Shown: positions 37,528 to 49,769 of the stretch, in pieces | How the letters are laid out: each line of letters begins with the position of its first letter | Position numbering within the stretch: position 1 is the stretch's first letter | NCBI GenBank assembly: GCA_963514005.1 | Contig: OY740782.1 | Coordinates: forward strand, 107,260,001-107,324,000 | Reading direction: 5' to 3' | DNA length: 64,000 nucleotides | DNA from: Raja brachyura | Lineage: Eukaryota | Program-made: the position numbers and the translations under genes | The notes under the pieces: model-generated | The model's input: only the letters and a program-made list of their open reading frames with translations | Told to the model about the DNA's origin: nothing | Databases searched by the model: none

Positions 37528-38860
37528 ATAAGATTCGTCAGACATGATTTACCTTTCATAAATTCATGCTGACCTTGTCCAATGGTTCCACCACTTTCCA
37601 AATGTGCTGCTATCCCATCTTTAATAACTGACTGTAGCAGTTTTCCCACTACCGATGTTAAACTAACTGGTCTGTAATTCCCCGTTTTCTCTCTCCCTCC
37701 CTTTTTAAAAAGTGGGGTTACATTAGCTACCCTCCAATCCTCAGGAACTACTCCAGAATCTAAAGAGTTTTGAAAAATTATCATTAATGCATCCACTATT
37801 TCTGGGGCTACTTCCTTATGCACTCTGGGATGCAGCCTATCTGGCCCTGGGGATTTATCGGCCTTTAATCCATTCAATTTACCTAACACCCGACTAACCT
37901 GGATTTCACTTAGTTCATCCATCTCATTTGACCCCCGGTCCCCTGCTATTTCCAGCAGATTATTTATGTCTTCCTTAGTGAAGACAGAACCAAAGTAGTT
38001 ATTCAATTGGTCTGCCATGTCTTTGTTTCCCATGATCAATTCACCTGTTTCTGACTGCAAGCGACCTACATTTGTTTTAACTAATCTTTTTCTCTTCACA
38101 TATCTATAAAAGCTTTTGCAGTCATTTTTTTATGTTCCCTGCCGGTTTTCTTTCATAATCTGTTTTCCCTTTCCTAATTAAACCCTTTGTCCACCTCTGC
38201 TGGACTCTGAATTTCTCACAGTCCTTCAGGAAGCTAAGTACCAGTTCTCCTAGTTCCCTCTGTTCCACAACAGTTCCTAGGCCCCTATCAATCACTATGA
38301 ACATCCTGTCCTAGTTTTACTTCCAAAAATGCAACGTCTCACATTTATCAGCATTAACCATCCTCACTATCCACGACACCACCCATTTTAGTGTCATCTG
38401 CAAACTTACTAATCATGACTTGTGCACTCTCATCCAAATTGGCAATGGTCCCGGCACCGATTCCTGAGGCACACCACTCTTCACAGCCCTCCAGTCTGAA
38501 AACATCCTTCTACCATCACCCTCTGCTTCCTTCCATGGTCGGCTGAGGTTCTAGTGTTTGTGCTGTATGGCCAAGGCAATGAGGATATCATTGCTAATTT
38601 ATCAATGTTATAAAGATAGTTCCGAAACTAAGTTGTGATGAGGATGTAAGTGGGCATCATCGTAAGGAATACAGACAGATTAAGTGAGTGGTCAAAGATC
38701 TGACAAATGGAGTGTAGTATGAGAAAAAATAAAGATGTCAATTGGGATGAAAAGTAAAAAAAGATACACACTATGTAAGTGCGAGAGTTTGCAGAGCTCA
38801 GAGAGGCAGAGGGATCTGAATGTCCTTCTGCATGATTCACCAAAGGCCAGTGTACATGTA
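37528..38860. mobile_element. Mosaic of CR1 fragments enclosed inside the Tc1
   Basis: Minus-strand CR1 ORF2 pieces (ORFs 37494..38099 and 38122..38304), a further minus RT piece at about 38230-38540, and a decayed plus-strand CR1 piece at about 38600-38860. Confidence 0.85.
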
Positions 38861-40299
38861 CAGGTTTGCAGTTGTGCCATACTCTTTCCATTTTTAGATG
38901 ATGGATTGAACAGTGCTCCGTGAGATGTTCAAAGCTTGGGATTTTTTTTATAACCTAACCCTGCTTCAAACTTCTCCACAACTTTATCCCTGACCTGTCT
39001 GGTATGTTCCTTGGGCTTCATGATGCTGTTTGTTCACTAATGTTCTCTCACAAACCTCTGAGGCCTTCACAGAACAGCTGTATTTATACTGAGATTAGAT
39101 TACACACAAGTGGACTCTATTTACTAATTAGGTGACTTCTGAAGGCAATTGGTTGCACTGGATTTTATTTAGGGATATCAGAGTAAAGGGGGATGAATAC
39201 TTTTGCACGCCACATTTTTCAGTTTTTTAATTGTAAAAAAATTTGAAAACCATGTATAATTTTCCTTCCACTTCACAATGATGTGCCACTTTGTGTTGGT
39301 CTATCACATAAAATCCGTATAAAATACATTTACGTTTGTAGTTGTAACGTGACAAAATGTGGAAAAGTTCAAAGGGTATGAAAACTTTAGCAAGCCACTG
39401 TACAAAAACCTACAACCACACAGGCAACAACCTACGACAACCAAAGTCAACCTACATCCACCTGCGACAAGCTATGACAAACAACGATCCTGTTGGAGAC
39501 AACTGAAGGCAATTCAGTCGCTGGTATCTGTTGCTGGTTGACGTAGGTAGTCGCCAATGGAATTCACCGATGTCAGCACCCAACGTCAACCAACGTCACC
39601 TGGCGACAACCGGAGAAAACAAGCTACGTCAAGCACACAGTTGCCGAAAAATGTTGAACATTTCAAAATCCAGCAGTGACCCGAAAAATGTTACGACTCT
39701 TTAGACGACTTCAGGAGACTGCTCACGACCAACGGACGTCACCCCGCGACCATATGGCGACAGCATAATCACCTGTAGTCGCCGAATAAATCGCCTAAGC
39801 GGGACAGAGGCATTACCCTTTTTCAGTCTCTGCACTATATGATTTCTTTGTTTTACATTAGGAAACATTCTGTCGAATAGCATTTCATTTTAGAAGCAGA
39901 AGTCCCTTTTATCCAGATGATGATGTTTTCTGCCAACTATTTTGTTTCTTCTTTATATTGAGTCGTTTGTGGCTAGACCTTTGCTGGTGTTAAATTTTAA
40001 AATTCTCAAGTTCTATATTTCTCCACATCTACAGTAACATCTGTTCTAATTTCAGCTTGTGCAATCCATACATATAATGTAATAATATTTTGGAACTAGG
40101 CTGGGAGACTGTTAGACTTTCAGGAATGCCACCTTAGCCTTGACAGGAACTCAATGGAAAATTGGATTAAAGGTCATATAATGCTTACATCAGTTGGGTG
40201 AATGAGGAAGGGGGATTGGAGATAGAGATCTTACACAGCTGTGTTTATCTATCCTATATGTACTTACTTCATGTAAGGTTCCAAGTGCATTGCACTGGA

Positions 40300-40840
40300 T
40301 CCACGTACAATGATCCTCAATTGATAAGGTTAATACTTGGGATGATTGTTCTATCATGAGCAGCTAAAGAAAATAGATCTATATTTTGTAAGAATGAAAG
40401 GTGATATTAATGAAACATATAAAGTCAATGGATATTTCTAAGGAAGAGAAAGATAGATTATTGATTAGTACAAGTGTCAGGGGTTATGGGGAGAAGGCAA
40501 GGGAATAGGGTTAAGACGGAAAGATAGATCAGCCATGATTGAAAGGCAGAGTAGACTTGATGGGCCAATGGCCTAATTCTGATTCTATCACTTACGAACT
40601 TATGGGGACAGTGGTCACTGGTCCCTAAAGGTTTATCCATAAACACTTATCCACTTGGCCATCCAAATTTCCTAAGGCTTGATCAAGCATTGCCCTATCC
40701 CTTGTTGGGCACTCTACATATTGCCTGAGGATTCTTTCCTGCACACATTTGACAAATTCTGTCCCATCTAAACATTTTACACTATGACATTCCAAATCAA
40801 TATTCGGAAAGTTAAAATCCCCTACGAATGCAACTGTCAC
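40300..40840. mobile_element. CR1 fragments (plus 3' end about 40300-40600; minus endonuclease 40600-40840)
   Basis: CR1 3' UTR gatcagccatgattgaa...gggccaatggcct, and ORF 40625..40840 VGDFNFPNID...PTRDRAMLD. Confidence 0.7.
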
Positions 40841-42469
40841 TGAAGAGAACTAGTTATTCTCCGTCATTTATCTAAAATATTGGGTTTAAGTTTTGCCCTT
40901 GGAAATATACATGATCCCTAATAGAAACTGCACCCACTAACCTTATAACTTTTACAAGTACGCAGTAAATTCCTTCAAAAAAGAAAGCAGTGAAATTTAA
41001 GTCCATCATTATAGGCATACAAATCACTCATCTTGGAATACACTTGCCTTACTGCTTGCATTTTACTTCAGATTCCGTGAAGAGGACCCGTCAGATACAT
41101 GGCACAGCGACAGGCTGGATAGCGCAGCTCCACCAGCGGTAAGTTAAAAACTTGCAGGTAAGTTTTTAAACTACACTACGAACGATCCCAGAGTTCTGTA
41201 AGACTGGTTTCAGGAGCCAGTGTGAACATGGATAAACCAGTTAAAGGGAGGTCGAGGCGTGCCGCCGAGTAAGTCAGTGAACTTGACCACGGGAGTGCAG
41301 TCAGTGGGCTTACGCCGCCTCCAGAACTGCCGGCAGATCAACTAGCGGCAGCTACTCCAGTGCCACAGAGTACCATGGCCACTCCAGTCGGGAGGAAGGC
41401 TAAAATAAAATTGGCAAGAGCTGTGGACTCTGATGAGTCAGGCCAAGAGGACTCTCCTCCCACCATGAAAGATGTCTGGGGACGTCTAGACAAAATGGAG
41501 CACCTTATGGAAAGGATACTCCATCATGAGGTGTTACAACCAGAGTGCTATACTCCTGGGTTACCCCAGCAGCCTGCAGCAGCAACCTCCAGCAGAGGTC
41601 TATACAAGGAAGACCTGTACCAACAGGAGGAACCATATGTCCGCGGGTCTGCATGGGGGCCCATACCAGCAGTGCCATGCTGCAGGATACCTCCCTCATG
41701 CATGAGCAGGGAGAGCCAGGGCAGTATGATACTGATCCTGAAGTTGGTGGTATAGCAGAGGAGCATACCCCAAAGCACAAGAGCTTAGCTCCAGGTGTGC
41801 CGGATGTGGCATGCAAATTTTCCAAACTGGCAGGAACTGGTGAGGCAATAGAGGAAAATCTGGCCAGAAACATTAATGACATGACCTCTCACCAGCTCCA
41901 AGAATCAACAATGGATGAAACATCCAAACGATATGAAACACCTGTAAATTGTGCATCACTCAGAGTGCCCACTGTGAACCAGGCCATCTGGTAGCAAATG
42001 GGTGCAACCATGCGATCGCATGAACTAAGGCTGTAGACAGTCTTTAAAGCTAATCAAAGCAGGCATAATGGCATTTGGGCGGTCAGTCGAAGGGGCACCA
42101 CTATCAAGACACACAGCAGGATATGCTAACCCTGCTGTGTAACGCCCACTTTGAGATCAACTGCCTGAGGAAAAACGCCATCAAGCCAACTTTAAATCCA
42201 AATTTTGCAGTACTGTGCAGATCATCTAACATACAGCCATCAAACTTATTGTTTGGTGAAGATCTGGCAATGCAAGTCAAGGACTTAGATGACGAGGCGA
42301 AGACGGTTAGCCTTATCAAAGCACATACGACAAGCAGGATGCCGCCTCATCGACCATACCCCTTCAGGCGGGTCACAGACGCTGGTGCGGGGCAAGGACC
42401 AAGCCGGGCTTTCCCATCACTGCGCCATTGGCATGCACCAGTGCACATTTCCAGCAAAATTAGGAGGCA

Positions 42470-44403
42470 AAATAATCCAGCAACCATGGAGGTACGAGCA
42501 GCTGGACTTGTCCAGGACATATCCTCTAGAGACCAGTCACCAGTAGGGGGAAGATTGCAATTGTTCTACAATGAACAGTGCTGCATAACATCAGATCTGT
42601 TTATAATGGACAGTATCCAGGGGTTTCGAAATGAGTTTATTTTTGAATTACATCCACCTACACAACATACACCAAGTTGGGAATTGGTGTTTTCAAAACC
42701 AGAAACTTTACAGGTAAATGATGAAATTGAAATATTATTCAAAAAAGGGGTAATTGAAAGGACGGCTCATCAGCCTCAGCAGTTTGTGTCTAATATATAC
42801 CCTAAGCAAATGAAGGATGGTGAATGTTGAGTCATTTTAGACCTAACCTGACTGAACTATGTCCAGTATAAACATTTTAAAATGGAGACTTTCAGTACTG
42901 CTAAGCAATTGGTTTCCAAAGGATGTTATATGGCAAGGATAGATCTGAAAGATGCATATTATTCAGTACCAATTCATTACAAATACCGTAGATACTTGAA
43001 ATTTAGTTGGATGAGACAGCTGTGGCAGTTTAAAACGTTGCCTAATGGGTTAACCTCAGCCTCTAGGTTATTTACAAAATTGTTGAAACCAGTATTGGGA
43101 CTACTCCGGGCTCAGAATCACATTGTGATGGCATACTTGGATGATGTTCTGATCATAGGCAACACTCAGGACGCAGCTGAATTTTTTGTTATAGTTACCA
43201 AACATATGTTCGAGAGGTTGGGGTTCCTCATCCATCCAACTAAATCCAAATTGATGCCATCTAGAATCATTGACTATTTGGGGTTCACCATTGATTCAAC
43301 TAACATGTCAGTGACTCTGCCTATGGCCAAACATTTAGAAAGTATGGAGGCTTGCAGCAATCTGGTAGATGAACAGCAACCCTCCATCCGATGAGTGGCT
43401 AGTGTTATTGGCAAATTAGTGGCGGCCTTCCCTGGAGTGCAATTTGGGCCTCTACATTATCAGAATGTGCAATGAGCTAAGGAGCAGGCACTCAAAAAAC
43501 GTAGATCATTTCGATAGACTGATGTAGTTGCCAGTTGAAGCTACCACCGAGTTGCAATGGTGGATAACAAATGTTTCACGTTGTTCTAGTAACATTCTGA
43601 GTAAACAACTTTCAGTTGTCTTGCAAACTGATGTGATTGCTTCGGGATGGGGAGCCACTGATATCAATTCTAGCTGCGGCGGTAGATGGAATATGCAAGA
43701 GGCATTAATCCTACAGATGCATGGGATAAGCTATTTAGAATTGTTGGGGGCATTCTATGGCCTAAAAGCGTACTGTTCAACAATGCATGATTTACATGTT
43801 CAGCTCCAGATTGGCAATACCACAACAGTTGCATATGTTAATCACATGGGTGGAATTAAGTCATTATCATGTGATAATCTGGCTAACCTCATCTAGCACT
43901 GGTGTATTACTAGGAACATCTGGGTCTCAGCAATCTACCTACCAGGTAGAGATAACGTGGTGGCAGACACCAGGTCACATAAGTTTAATGACACACAGAA
44001 TGGATGCTGAATCCAAAAGTTTTTTTAAAGATTGTCACCCAGTATGGATTGCCAGACATAGATCTGTTTGCATCCAGGTTAAGTCACCAGTTACCTAACT
44101 ACGTCTCATGGGAACTGGATCCAGCGGCAGTAGTGGAGGATGCATTCTCACTACATGTTCTTTTGCGCTTTTCCCCCATTCTGCCTCATCAGTCAATGTC
44201 TCACCAACATTAACCAGGACTCCGCTTCAGGCGTCTTGGTGGTCCCCGACTGGCCCACACAGCCACGGTTCCCACTGGTTCTGGGACTGATGACACAGCC
44301 ATTCATGGTTATCCTCAAATGCAGCAACTTGTTGGTTCACCCTGTGGCAGGAGAGATTCACCCTTTACATGATCGTATTAATCTGTTGATTTGCAGATTC
44401 TGA
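42470..44403 (+). pseudogene. DIRS pol: RT, RNase H and adenine-methyltransferase-like domain (stops and frameshifts)
   Basis: ORFs 42882..43394 (RT), 43528..43896 (LQTD..ASGWG, ISYLEL, NTTTVAYVNHMGG), 44004..44213 (IDLFAS, DAF) and 44140..44403 (FPPF, VVPDWPTQP). Confidence 0.9.
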
Positions 44404-44441
44404 CGAGACCGTTCTAGGGGCTCGGACTATCAAGTCGGACC

Positions 44442-45350
44442 GTGGATGTGATTACTGCGTCCTGGAGGGATAGTACTAAAAAACAATACATATCTCATAT
44501 TAAAAAATGGGAGATGTTCTGCTTACAGTCAAATATATCTCATCATACTGCAGGCATACCTGATGTATTGGAGTTCCTTGCTACATTACACTTTGACAAG
44601 CAATTGAGTTATAGTGCCATTAATAGTGCTAGGAGTGCATTGTCCTGCTATTTATGGCAGGGGTCGGGACAACATTCTGTCGGATCTCATCCACTGGTGT
44701 ACCGATTCATGAAAGGTATTTTTAACAAGAACCCTCCTAGACCTAGATATATGGAAATCTGGGATGTGAGCCTAGTTCTCACACTGCTTCGTCAAAGGGT
44801 TCCAATTACATCCAAAAACTAACACTTAAAGTGTCATGCTCATGGCGCTCGTTTCAGCGCAACGGGTCCAGATATTGTAAAAGCTACAACTGGACAGCAT
44901 GCATTCTTCTGTAAATAATATTACGTTTTATGTATATGATCTAATCAAACAAAGCAGGCCAGGAACGTCCGGGACCAAAATGAGCTTTAGAGCATACTCT
45001 ATTGACCTGCGACTATGTGTAGTTACGCACCTACGTCAATATATTGAGGCCACCAAGAGTTTCAGACGCTCCGAAAAACGATGCTCATCAGTCACAAAAA
45101 AACTCATAGAAAGGTGTCGGTGCAGACCATTTCTAGGTGGCCGAAACTGGTTTTAGATTGTGCTGGAGTAGACACTGATGTGTTTAAATCTCACTCCATC
45201 AACATCCGCAGTGAGGGCACTGGACATCCTTTTAGACCAAATCCTCGGGGCCGCAGGATGGTCCAGTGAAAGGACTTTTCAACGGTTCTATAACAGACCT
45301 ATCTTCACAACGGAAGGATTTGGGCATGCTATTTTGGGTTCTGTTTTGTA
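44442..45350 (+). pseudogene. DIRS tyrosine recombinase (decayed)
   Basis: SWRDSTKKQY..., LSYSAINSARSALS, RFMKGIFNKNPP.PRY..IWDV, SAQR, LCVV..LRQYI, TISRW, FKSHS, AAGWSSERTFQRFY. Confidence 0.88.
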
Positions 45351-45546
45351 ATTTCCCCCTGAGAGACAGGGGTCATTATTGTTCCTTTTGTTATTAAAAC
45401 ATTAATTTGTATAATTCAAACTATGTTCAATACCTTATTTGTTTATCCTGTGTCAACCGAAGCAGTGTGTCGTATGGACCTGGATCTATGGCATGAAATC
45501 ACAGAGCTTTGAAATCTTCACGGAATCACTCATGTGACTCGGAAGT

Positions 45547-45853
45547 AAAATAGTAAGATTAAACGAGAACTTACCAGTTTAAAGTTTGATCTTTATTTTA
45601 TGAGGAATTAAGGTGAGCGATTACGTGCCCTCCGCTCCCAGCCCTCATAATCGCAAAGATCATCTGGTAGCTCTAGTCTTATGAGTCTTACTATATTACT
45701 TCGACTGTAGTTACTGTGATTTCACGCTGCTGCTTTGAAGATTGACACGCATGCGCACTGGCAGGTCTTCTTCACGTAATCGCTCACCGTAACTCCTCAT
45801 AAAATGAAGATCAAACTTCAAACTGGTAAGTTCTCATTTAATCTTACTATTTT
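45547..45853. repeat. 81-bp inverted repeat: DIRS internal complementary region versus right terminal extension
   Basis: 45547-45627 (aaaatagtaagattaaacgagaacttaccagttt...ttacgtg) is the reverse complement of 45773-45853 with a few mismatches. Confidence 0.95.
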
Positions 45854-45944
45854 CAATACAGTCAATAACAGTTCCATGGGTCACAGAGTACAAATCTTTT
45901 GTGTGTGCACTTGGATTTCCCTTGACAGTCAGAGTGGATGTGAG

Positions 45945-46483
45945 ATAGAAACATACAAAAATAGGTGCAGGAGTAGGCCATTCGGCCCTTCGAACCTGCA
46001 CCGCCATTCAATGTGATCATGGCTGATCATCCAACTCAGTATCCCGTACCTGCCTTCTCTCCTTACCCCCTGATCCCTTTAACCACAAGTGCCACATCTA
46101 ACGCCCTCTTAAATATAGCCAATGAACTGGCCTCAACTACCTTCTGTGGCAGAGAATTCCAGAGACTCACCACTCTCTGTGTAAAGAATGTTTTCCTCAT
46201 CTCGGTCCTAAAGGAATTCCCCCTTATCCTTAGACTGTGACCCCTTGTTCTGGACTCCCCCAACATTGGGAACAATCTTCCAGCATCTAGCTTGTCCAAC
46301 CCCTTAAGAATTTTGTAAGTTTCTATAAGATCCCCCCTCAATCTTCTAAATTCCAGCGAGTACAAGCCGAGTCTATCCAATCTTTCCTCATATGAAAGTC
46401 CTGACATCCCAGGAATCAGTCTGGTGAATCTTCTCTGTACCCCCTCTATGGCAAGGATGTCGTTCCTCAGATTTGGAGACCAT
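45945..46483 (-). mobile_element. Well-preserved CR1 LINE 3' end
   Basis: ORF 46063..46407 LSYEERLDRLGLYSLEFRRLRGDLIE...TRGHSLRI, with the 3' UTR and tail atagaaacata on the + strand. Confidence 0.93.
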
Positions 46484-48059
46484 TTGTCTCAATGGAGATA
46501 TCCCATTGAGACAAAAAAAGGCCCATCAAAATTGTCCTTCTGGAAATCTGGCAGCAAATGTTCTCTGTGACAATTTAATTGAAGGCTCCAGGCAGTAAGA
46601 TTTAAATATATTGTACCGTGATACAGATACAAGGGATGCCCCCAATACATTACCATCTCCACAATAAACAGGGAAGACATCTTCGCTACTTAAACATAAA
46701 AGTTATGTTTGCTGTTCAATTATCTTTTGAATACCAGGTCCCTGAGATAAAGAATCCCCAGATGCTTCACAGCATCAATGTGTTGAGTTTGATTCTGACC
46801 TCTGACATAGTCTGTACAGAGTCTGAACATTCTCTCTGCCAAGATGTGGGATTTCCCCAAGTACTCCAGCTCCATTAAAATGCTCTTGTTGTATAATTGA
46901 CTATTGCAAACGATGAGAGAGAATAAATAACAGCGGTAAAGGGAAATAGTAAGAAGAATTGGACTAATGGGAGCCAGAGTGGGCTTAATGAGCCATACAG
47001 TTTCTTATATATCACCCTAAGTACAGCATTAAAACTGTCCTTTTTAGCCAGAGACATTTCATCCTCATTCATCCTGCCACTCTCATCCCTAGTTGTTCCT
47101 GCTCATTGATTTTGGAACCTCACTCTATGATAGACTGTCTCATTCTCTTTATTAGAGAGTGTGGGGAGAAGGGGGGGGGGGGCTGGGGTTGTGAAGGAAA
47201 ATGGAGAAAACAAAATAGCTCCACCCCATCCTGCTGAAAGTCCCCCACAGGGACCTGTGACATTATTGTCAAGTATTTTCCCTTTTGACTAGATAAAGAC
47301 GATCCAAAGCTTCAACTCCTGCTGCATTCAATGTCAAGAGGATGTCAAGAATATTGTCAATATTTAAAGGTTTCAAGGTCAGTTAATTGTCACACGTACC
47401 AGTTAAGGTACAGTGAAACTTGAGTTATTGGTCCGTTAGATAATACATTGAACTAACACCAGAAAACCGCCCCAAAAAAATTAGTTGAGGGTCTTTCAGC
47501 CACACAGGCCAATTACAGGGTGCCCCCCACTTCAAATTAGGATGATTTGTATCCCTGTCCTACATTAGCAATTTAGCCCCAAGATGTCTAAAATAACTGC
47601 CCTTTAGTTAATTTCCATATCCCTGAACCATCAACGGCCAGGTTTAGACAGATGTTTCCCAGCTGCCTTTCCAAGAAGAACTCAATATATTTTTTTTAAT
47701 GACACGTTTAAGCTGATGTTTTTAAATCGCTGAACAAGTGTAGAAGCATTCTTTTTTTTTTCTTATTCTAGGAGTTTAGGAAGATATTTTCATTTGATGA
47801 AAGGAGCCTTGTAAAAACTTTTCTTATGTTAGTTTAGGAACCAATGTTCAGCTCTAAATATGTCTTGAATGATTTCACTGGTGGATTTCACTGTTCCAGA
47901 ACAGGGGCCAGATTGTGTGTAAAGTCAACTTCAGAGCAAAACAACTCCCTTTTTGGCTAATCCACCCCCTCAGCCAATTCTGATCTCAAAGATACAGTAA
48001 ATTCATAGTTGCCCACTGAGCTAGAAGGAAAATGGCTGTCTTGCCAACACATGCTCTAA

Positions 48060-48264
48060 AGGGCCTGTCCCACTTTCACAACCTAATTCACTACCTTTTT
48101 TACTCGTGGACATTTTTCATCATGCTAGAAAAAACGGCACAACCTACTTGATGCCACGAGTACCTACAACTAGAATTACAGCCTGCTACGATCTACCTAT
48201 GACCATGCTGTGAGTATGAGTCAAGGGCAAACTTGGCTGAGGTCGTGAAAGTGGGACAGGCGCT
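48060..48264. mobile_element. PIF/Harbinger-like MITE (about 205 bp)
   Basis: AGGGCCTGTCCCACTTTCACAACCT ... AGGTCGTGAAAGTGGGACAGGCGCT, flanked by TAA and TTA. Confidence 0.85.
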
Positions 48265-49769
48265 TTACACATCTTGCCAGATCTTCTCTGATATCAAACC
48301 CCAAATCATTTTAGTGAAATTAGAATTAAAGCTGTTGTTGATAATGTTATTGTAGGATTTTCTTTAAGCGCATTTAAAGTCATTAGGTACATAGAAAGTG
48401 AATGTATTACTAATGCATTCAGTATCTATATCATGGTTCAACCATCCACAATTTCTGCACTGATTTTTGCAGTCATGAAGCTTCTGAGGAGTACTTAAAG
48501 AAATGGCAATGGATAAGTGAGACTAAGTCTGCACCAGTCCTGGATTTCTGGGGATCTTCTTGAGAAATGAATGTTATTGTAGAAGATCAGAGCTGCAGAA
48601 ATTAAAAAATTAAGGTTAAAAGGATTTTGTTTTGCTCCTGTGGCTAATTTTCCCATTTATCCATGGTGGGGTGAGTGGTTTACAGAAGAACGTAGCCTGA
48701 AGCCCTGCACTTGGTGCCTTTGCAGCCAGAAAATAATAGAGGAGGTGGAGGTTGCAATCATAAAAGATATATACTGCAAAAAATTACCAAGGGATCATCT
48801 GATGGTATTTTGATAACAATGACAGATTGCAATAATCTCCCATGCTTAGATTGGAAATTTGGTTCACTGTGCTTTAATTGCAAGATAATCTGATACAAAA
48901 GAAGGGGTGGGAGGTTTTGGCCAAAATGTGGGTATGTGTTGCTTTTTGTGGCAGCACATAGTGGGATGAAGGGAAGGAGGGAAACAGATGACTAGACTCA
49001 AGTGAACCTAATATTTGGGATGAATTGTAGAGCTGAAGAACACAAAGACGAAGCAAGGTATTGAGGGATTCATACAAAAACGCAAGAAAGGGAAAATGGA
49101 AGTGCAGAAGGATCGAAGATGTTGCAGGCAAGAAATAAAACACAGAAGCAGAACCTTGTGTCTGATAAGGTACAGATGCAGATCTCATTATAATCGCCCA
49201 AAGGGCGTTTGGTGTTACTAATTGCCACGATAACAGAGTAAGGAATTATCATTGTATAAGTAGCAAAAAACAACTGTAGTTGCTGTACAATACACAAAAG
49301 GACATAAAGTGCTAGAGTAACTCAGCAGTTCAGGCAGCATCTCTGGAGAACATGGATAGGTGACCTTTGGGTCGAGATCTTTCTTCAGATTCTCGGTCCA
49401 GAACTAGGACTGGAATCCAGGTGAGTTGATGGCCCTGGCCAGCTGGTCACCAGGGGAAAGTCGAGGGTTGACGGAGTCAATGGCCGCAGCCCGTGGGCGG
49501 TCATAGTGCAGGTAAAGATCAGGTGGTGACAGGCATGGCCTGGAAGTGGCACGAGACGGTGGCAGCATGGAGCCAGCCAACGCTGCAAGAGGTCAGGGAG
49601 ACTGCGCAAGCCTGGGATGGCACAGGCAGCCACCACTGTAAGAGGTAGGTAAGGTGGTGCAAGCAGAGTTTATTGTAGTTCACATACCTATAAATTGGGC
49701 TCTATCCCCAAAACCAAACTGGTTATAGTTATTATATTATTGAGGCAGTAGCCTCGTGATGTGAGAGAT

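Larger units (their letters stand above)
36028..39400 (-). mobile_element. Tc1-family transposon with long IR/DR-type TIRs, TA target duplication, internal duplication and cargo
   Basis: TA|CAGTGGCTTGCAAAAG ... CAAGCCACTG|TA. Inverted repeats of about 210 bp with an inner gcaaaagtattca direct repeat. Confidence 0.93.
35831..39812. mobile_element. PIF/Harbinger-like non-autonomous element hosting the Tc1 insertion
   Basis: TIRs GGCCTGTCCCACTTAGGC / GCCTAAGCGGGACAG, TTA on both flanks, and internal (ctacgacaa)-like repeats on both sides of the Tc1. Confidence 0.75.
35640..40090 (-). mobile_element. Old L1/Tx1-like 3' fragment (35640-35830 and 39815-40090) split by the MITE/Tc1 nest
   Basis: T-rich tail with tttatt near 35640-35675. 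A-rich minus strand with a Cys-containing C-terminal remnant on the far side of the MITE. Degraded. Confidence 0.4.
41065..45853 (+). mobile_element. Essentially full-length DIRS1-type tyrosine-recombinase retrotransposon (decayed)
   Basis: Gag-like ORFs 41360-42480, RT (IDLKDAYYSVP, LPNGL, YLDDVL), RNase H, MT-like domain and YR. Short ITR gattccgtgaagaggacccgtcag (41071-41094) vs 45758-45781; ICR 45515-45627; ATTTT at both junctions. Confidence 0.93.

Noticed and set aside
42882-45350. Bacterial or phage contamination, or a retron-like RT + methylase + integrase system
   Set aside because: Domain order, ITR/ICR structure and stop/frameshift decay identify a DIRS retrotransposon inside a SEMA5A intron.
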